A stretch of DNA of 12,353 bases from Promethearchaeota archaeon (GTDB lineage: Archaea; Asgardarchaeota; Lokiarchaeia; Sigyniarchaeales; SOKP01). A program made the translations under genes and the position numbers. The stretch spans positions 1 through 12,353 of the forward strand of contig JBHLOY010000032.1 in NCBI GenBank assembly GCA_048939995.1. The letters are read 5' to 3'. Position 1 is the stretch's first letter. Each line of letters begins with the position of its first letter. This document shows, one piece after another, positions 7,871 through 12,353 of this stretch. Under the pieces are notes generated by a model. It was not told the origin of the DNA. It saw only the letters and a list, made by a program, of their open reading frames with translations, and did no database searches.

Positions 7871-7927
7871 ATCTTACGAGAAAAAAAATTAGTCGTGAGA
7901 TGACACACCATAAAGCAATGGTTTCGG
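7859..7927 (+). promoter_or_regulatory. Eukaryote-like (Lokiarchaeal-type) SECIS element
   Basis: Elements in order: ATGA (7867-7870), ATCTTACGA (7871-7879), loop GAAAAAAAATTAG (7880-7892), TCGTGAGAT (7893-7901; 9 bp, one G-U) and GA (7902-7903). A lower helix CCGAAA (7859-7864)/TTTCGG (7922-7927) closes it. It sits at the 3' end of an operon with four Cys-position TGAs. Folded by hand. Confidence 0.8.
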
Positions 7928-7931
7928 ATTT

Positions 7932-7960
7932 AACTATTTTTTAAAAAAATTTTTATAGTT
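7932..7960 (+). terminator. Candidate oligo-T terminator of the hdrA-mvhD transcript
   Basis: T6 at 7937-7942 and T5 at 7950-7954 lie just 3' of the SECIS, flanked by AACTAT/ATAGTT. Archaeal terminators are typically U-tracts. Confidence 0.4.
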
Positions 7961-8111
7961 TAATTATTCTAATTCAAATTTAAAATCCTATTAATAATAT
8001 AATAAAGAATTGGTAAAGTTTTTTAAACTTGTGATTCTAGTTTAATCTCAATTTTAATTTCTTATGAAATTAAAAGCAATTTTTAATAAAAATATAAAAA
8101 TGTGATAAAAA

Positions 8112-8786
8112 ATGGCGGAAGCTCCTAAAGAAGAAATGTCTGCATCAAAAGTGCTTGCTTTTATTGGGATGTTATTCACGTTATCCCTCGGAATTGCATA
8201 TTTCTATGCGGCACTCGTTGCTCCATTAAATATTCTCTGGGGTATAATCTGTTTAGTTATTGTATTCTTGATATTCGTTTCATTGGGATTAATAAGTTTT
8301 GGCAAATTTAAAATTCCTTATACATGGTGGATGTTACTTATCTATGGTGCTGTTATAGTGATAATCGTAATGTTCTTTGGTGTAACTATTTACCCAGGGC
8401 CCTACTTCCCAGCAGTTTTACTTTTAATGGCATTTCTTATAGAATTGTTAAGTGCGAAGAAAGCTTATAAAGTCTCTAAAATGGTAGCACTTTTAGGTTG
8501 TGCGTTTGGTGCATATGATTGTGTACTACTGATGTTAAATGTTACCCCTCTTACCGCTTATTTAGTTGTTAATGCTATCTTCGGTTTAGCTATCATCGTT
8601 ATTTTTTTACTGGTGATTTTCGATTTAGTAAACTTTAAAATCTTTGATTATTCATGGTGGTTCGTTCTATTAGTTGGTTTTGTTATCTTTACATGGATAT
8701 CAACATTTGCTGGTGGATATCCCGTAGCTGGATTTGGAGGAATAACGATATTAATAGCATTTATACTTATGTTAATGGCATATTAA
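8112..8786 (+). CDS. Hypothetical polytopic membrane protein (about 8 TM, two tandem 4-TM repeats)
   Basis: 224 aa and almost entirely hydrophobic, with a GTGA RBS. The internal repeat includes FKIPYTWWMLLIYG vs FKIFDYSWWFVLLVG. Confidence 0.85.
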   Translation: MAEAPKEEMSASKVLAFIGMLFTLSLGIAYFYAALVAPLNILWGIICLVIVFLIFVSLGLISFGKFKIPYTWWMLLIYGAVIVIIVMFFGVTIYPGPYFPAVLLLMAFLIELLSAKKAYKVSKMVALLGCAFGAYDCVLLMLNVTPLTAYLVVNAIFGLAIIVIFLLVIFDLVNFKIFDYSWWFVLLVGFVIFTWISTFAGGYPVAGFGGITILIAFILMLMAY

Positions 8787-8812
8787 ATAGCTTTTTAACC
8801 AAAAATTATCAA

Positions 8813-8827
8813 TTTTTTTTCTTTTTT
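8813..8827 (+). terminator. Candidate oligo-T terminator
   Basis: TTTTTTTTCTTTTTT starts 26 nt after the stop at 8786. Confidence 0.5.
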
Positions 8828-8922
8828 AATTTGTAGTCAAATGAAAATCAATATTAATTCGCTTAATTTTAATTCTAAAATTAATTTATAGAAATATTAA
8901 TTTAGATTAAAGTGAACTATAA

Positions 8923-10230
8923 ATGGGCAAAAATTTACTTTTAAATGCTGAAAACCAATTTTTAAAAGCAGAACAATTATCTCAAGCTAGACAATTTAAA
9001 AAAGCAGCTAAGAAGTACAATTCAGCTGGCCATACGTACCTCAAATTGGAAAATTATGAGAACGCTAAATATAGCTTTATTAATGGAGCAAATGCATTTT
9101 TAGAATTAGAAAAAATACAATCTAGTCTAGAATTACTTAGACTGGCGGGCGATTCGTCTATATTCTATGAACGCTATAAAGAAGCGGAAGAAATATTTAG
9201 AAAAGCTGTAGATTTTATTCCAAAATTAAAAAATATAGCAGATCGCAACGTTCAATATGTGCTTTTCTCTGTATTATCCTATTTGTGTTTATTCACTAAT
9301 GCAAGGCAAGAAGATGGTTTAAAATTTATTAAAAAAATACAAAATAAAATTGAGAGTACGTATTTTAAAGAAAGTTCATTAATAATCTTAGTTACGGATT
9401 TAACAATCGCAATACGTGATAAAAATCCTGCTTATTTAGAAAAAGTCAAGAATAATCTTCATAATTATAAACTGAGTGATGCCGAATTACTATTACTTAA
9501 AAAGATTCTATTTATGGCAAATATTCAGTTATCTTTGGAATCTGAAATGAATTTAGACAAAGACCTTTATACTACAAACGAAATAATTAATCTAAAAGTA
9601 AATATTAACACAACATCATTAGTGTCAGTGATTCAAAACCAATTTTATAATTTTATCACTGAGAAATTTAGCATAACAAAGCTTAATCTAACACTATCTG
9701 ATAATCTCAGTTCTAGTAAAAAACCAGCTATCCCGATTGATTTGGAAATTGGAAAAAGTTATGAGTTAGATTTTGTAATTAAGCCTCATTTTCAACTTGA
9801 CAATCCATTTATTGGGCCATTATCTCTTACATTTGAATTGAATGGCCTTTTAACTTTCATCTATGAAACAATTAAAATAATCCCTAATCTAATTCCACCT
9901 CCTCCATCATTGGAAGTATCTACAAAAAATTTGAGAACTCCGCTTATTGATCAGACATTCCCATTAGAAATACTGGTGCAAAATCAAAGTGAAGGTGAGG
10001 CTTTGGATGTAAATATTGATACAGAGTTTCCTGAACAGCTTAAAATTATGAGGGGAACAACTAATAAACAAATATATTCACTAAGACCAAATGAGGACCT
10101 TAAATGGGAAATAAATCTAAAACCAATTGAGGCAGGAGATTATATTATAAAGGTATTAGTTAAATTTAAAGATCCGGATCAAAATCTAATTGAAGAAGTT
10201 AAAGAATTTCCACTTTCGATAAAACTCTAA
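8923..10230 (+). CDS. Hypothetical soluble protein: N-terminal TPR/alpha-SNAP-like helical repeats plus two predicted Ig-like beta-sandwich domains
   Basis: The N-terminal Ala/aromatic helical periodicity is seen in FKKAAKKYNSAGHTYLKLENYENAKYSFINGANAFLEL. From about aa 205 the pattern is beta-rich, and a PPPP linker at about aa 325 precedes a BatD/DUF11/TRAP-beta-like domain. No signal peptide or TM is seen. Confidence 0.75.
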   Translation: MGKNLLLNAENQFLKAEQLSQARQFKKAAKKYNSAGHTYLKLENYENAKYSFINGANAFLELEKIQSSLELLRLAGDSSIFYERYKEAEEIFRKAVDFIPKLKNIADRNVQYVLFSVLSYLCLFTNARQEDGLKFIKKIQNKIESTYFKESSLIILVTDLTIAIRDKNPAYLEKVKNNLHNYKLSDAELLLLKKILFMANIQLSLESEMNLDKDLYTTNEIINLKVNINTTSLVSVIQNQFYNFITEKFSITKLNLTLSDNLSSSKKPAIPIDLEIGKSYELDFVIKPHFQLDNPFIGPLSLTFELNGLLTFIYETIKIIPNLIPPPPSLEVSTKNLRTPLIDQTFPLEILVQNQSEGEALDVNIDTEFPEQLKIMRGTTNKQIYSLRPNEDLKWEINLKPIEAGDYIIKVLVKFKDPDQNLIEEVKEFPLSIKL

Positions 10231-10234
10231 TTGG

Positions 10235-11374
10235 TTAAATTAATATTGGATCTTTTGAATTATATGTCACTAGTTCGCCTTTTTTCTTTCCAACAATTAT
10301 ATCATCTTCTAACCTAATACCCCACTTTTCTTTCCAATATAGACCTGGTTCACTTGTATATACCATATTTTCTTTTAAGATAAATGTTTCTGGAGTCTTC
10401 CAGGATATTCTCGCTCCAACATCATGAGCTTCAAACCCTAAGGAATGTCCAAATCCATGGAAAAACAATTTTTCATGATCATAACCTTTTTCTGATAAAA
10501 ATTCTCGACATTTTATGGCTGGAAGGCAATTTGGATTTCCATCTATCAAATATTCATTAGCCACTTTCTTAGATTCATAAAGAACTTCATATGCATCAAG
10601 AAAATCTTTCCCTGGATTATTACCTACCCAAAACGTCCAAGTAATATCAGAGCATATTTCATCGATTTGCAATCCAGTATCAATCAACAAAACTCCTGTT
10701 TCAATCTTTTTATTAGAACTATTATGATGAGGATCTGCAGAATGAGATCCTGAACTGACTATCGTCTCAAAAGAAGGACGTCCTAACTTCATATACTCAT
10801 ATTCTATTTTTGCTTTAAGCTCTCTCTCAGTCATGCCTATTTCGGCAAAATCTGGTACTTTTTCCAATATTTCTATCGTAGCTTTGCATACGTTTCTTAG
10901 ATCTTCTAATTCAGTTGGTGATTTAACACTCCTAAGTTCATATACTATAGGAGCCGCAGATATAAATTCTGTTTCTGGTGATAATTCGTTTAAAGAAAAA
11001 TAATCACCCATTCGTAAGTAATCGGCATAAGAAGTACCATTCTCCTTTAAAATATTTTCTCCAAAATTAAGAGCTATTCGAGGTTTATTAATAATTGAAG
11101 TTAACAAATCTATTAATTCTTCTGATGATCTATAATAATTAACTTCACAACTTACATTTTTTTTTTTAAGCGATCGTTCAATCATTGCTGCTTCCATTTC
11201 AACTGAAATAACTTTATGATTTCCATCAGTAGCAACATAAATATAATGTCGAGCATGCGATCCAACACCTAATAAGAATCTCGAATGGATATCACTTTCT
11301 TCATTACAGATAATTAACCATCCATCAGCATTAAGTTCCTTAAGCACTTTCTGAGCTTTTTCAAACTTATTCAT
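10235..11374 (-). CDS. M24B family Xaa-Pro (amino/di)peptidase
   Basis: Contains LRSVKSPTE, ADPHH, LLIDTG...SDIT, HGFGHSLGFEAHD, TSEPGLY and GIRLEDD (metal ligands D, D, H, E, E), plus an N-terminal creatinase-like domain. Confidence 0.93.
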   Translation of the reverse strand: MNKFEKAQKVLKELNADGWLIICNEESDIHSRFLLGVGSHARHYIYVATDGNHKVISVEMEAAMIERSLKKKNVSCEVNYYRSSEELIDLLTSIINKPRIALNFGENILKENGTSYADYLRMGDYFSLNELSPETEFISAAPIVYELRSVKSPTELEDLRNVCKATIEILEKVPDFAEIGMTERELKAKIEYEYMKLGRPSFETIVSSGSHSADPHHNSSNKKIETGVLLIDTGLQIDEICSDITWTFWVGNNPGKDFLDAYEVLYESKKVANEYLIDGNPNCLPAIKCREFLSEKGYDHEKLFFHGFGHSLGFEAHDVGARISWKTPETFILKENMVYTSEPGLYWKEKWGIRLEDDIIVGKKKGELVTYNSKDPILI

Positions 11375-11493
11375 AAATCAAATCATTAACGCTTTTTAAT
11401 TAAGTTTATTAATTTAAGAGATAAGCTATTTATAACAATAAACATATAAACTTTAACGATCTTATATCTCTATAGTAAAAGGTTTATTTAATT

Positions 11494-12353
11494 ATGAAGC
11501 TTAAGGTTAAAAGAATAAATTTTGAAACTGGAAATACTAAAGATATAGTATTAAATATCAAAGATGCGCAAGAGCTTGGCCAAAAAGCCGGAGAACGAGT
11601 TTATATCAGAAATAAAGAATTAAAATCAATTGATAGCGAATTTTGGGTCGCTATAGTTCAAATCGATTATTCAAGCTCTATTGTGGAACCAGGAGAAATA
11701 GGTATTTTTCTAGATATCTTAAAGGAGAAAAAAGATCTTAAAGATGGTATTTCGATATCCGTAAAACCAGCAGATCCACCCGATTCTTTTAAATTTATTC
11801 AAAAAAAGATAAGGGGAAATAAACTATCTAATGAAGAAATAAACAATATTATTTCAGATGCGGTCTCAGGATCTTTATCTCGAATTGATCTAGCTGCGTT
11901 TATAACGGGTGTTCAAATAAATGGTATGGATAATGAGGAGATGACAGCTTTAACCTTAGCAGAAGTTAGAAGTGGAGAAATATTTTATTTTGGGATGGAA
12001 GTTTATGACAAGCACTCGACTGGTGGAGTTCCAGGAAATAAGGTATCTCTTATTATAGTTCCAATTATAGCCGCCACGGGGTTGACAATTCCAAAATCAT
12101 CGACTAGAGCCATCACCTCGCCATCAGGAACTGCTGACACAATGGAAGTGTTAGCACCCGTTGCATTTGATTCAGAAGAATTAAAAGATATTGTTGCTAA
12201 AGAGAATGGGTGTATAATATGGGGAGGAGCCTTGAACACATCACCTGCTGATAATATTCTCATTGAAATTGAACGCCCTCTTCACATGGACCCTATTGGT
12301 CTGATGATTCCTTCAATACTTACGAAAAAATTATCTCTTGGAGTTAAAAACTT
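11494..12353 (+). CDS. AMP phosphorylase (archaeal thymidine phosphorylase/DeoA family), truncated at the window edge
   Basis: Not in the ORF track. From ATG 11494 it reads MKLKVKRINFETGNTKDIVLNIKDAQELG...IQKKIRGNKLSNEEI...DKHSTGGVPGNKVSLIIVPIIAATGLTIPKSSTRAITSPSGTADTMEVLAPV...GCIIWGGALNTSPAD...SILTKKL. The N-terminal extension and the GGVPGN and AITSPxGTAD motifs are typical of the AMP phosphorylase clade. Confidence 0.93.
   Translation, partial: MKLKVKRINFETGNTKDIVLNIKDAQELGQKAGERVYIRNKELKSIDSEFWVAIVQIDYSSSIVEPGEIGIFLDILKEKKDLKDGISISVKPADPPDSFKFIQKKIRGNKLSNEEINNIISDAVSGSLSRIDLAAFITGVQINGMDNEEMTALTLAEVRSGEIFYFGMEVYDKHSTGGVPGNKVSLIIVPIIAATGLTIPKSSTRAITSPSGTADTMEVLAPVAFDSEELKDIVAKENGCIIWGGALNTSPADNILIEIERPLHMDPIGLMIPSILTKKLSLGVKN

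Noticed and set aside
7817-7874. Direct repeat AATGAATCT (7817-7825 and 7866-7874) as a duplicated SECIS 5' arm
   Set aside because: The first copy has no matching 3' arm nearby, and a 9-mer AT-rich repeat is plausible by chance.
7868-7933. Readthrough of the mvhD terminal TGA, giving U-ILREKKLVVR-U-HTIKQWFRI-TAA
   Set aside because: The MvhD domain is already complete and the extension has no Cys-motif context. Both TGAs are explained as the two strands of the SECIS core. Low-level readthrough cannot be excluded.
7961-8111. AT-rich intergenic stretches as ncRNA, CRISPR or mobile-element ends
   Set aside because: I saw no repeat-spacer pattern, tRNA cloverleaf, terminal inverted repeats or transposase anywhere in the window.
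8654-8836. 60-aa alternative-frame ORF
   Set aside because: It overlaps the 8112..8786 gene and runs through the T-tract (poly-Phe).
12003-12263. 86-aa minus-strand ORF
   Set aside because: Antisense shadow of the AMP phosphorylase gene.
1-12353. Genome-wide UGA reassignment (Trp or Gly)
   Set aside because: No other gene has an in-frame TGA, Trp is encoded by TGG, and the TGAs align to Cys.

Overview
This is an AT-rich (roughly 30% GC by eye) archaeal window, most consistent with Asgard archaea (Lokiarchaeia; inference). From left to right it holds a minus-strand catabolic operon (DSD1/D-threonine-aldolase-type PLP enzyme, RidA, and a split UxaA/SuyAB-type dehydratase that runs off the left edge), then hisS, pyrF and a small membrane protein. 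Next come an hdrA-mvhD operon, an internally duplicated 8-TM protein, a SNAP/TPR-like plus Ig-like protein, an M24 Xaa-Pro peptidase and the 5' part of an AMP phosphorylase. The key signal is hidden by the ORF track: the fragments 5545..6045, 6061..7398 and 7685..7870 belong to two intact selenoprotein genes. hdrA (5422..7398, 658 aa) has in-frame TGA at codons 24 and 208, and mvhD/vhuD (7412..7870, 152 aa) has TGA at codons 17 and 68; all four replace conserved Fe-S cysteines. Directly after them lies a eukaryote-like SECIS (AUGA, 9-bp stem, A-rich loop, GA). The UGA in its AUGA core is the mvhD stop codon itself, and it is the only TGA stop among the 11 complete genes. It is the only convincing SECIS I found, so it may serve four UGAs across two cistrons. 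Both hdrA UGAs also sit in local hairpins. All family calls come from motif recognition, not database searches.
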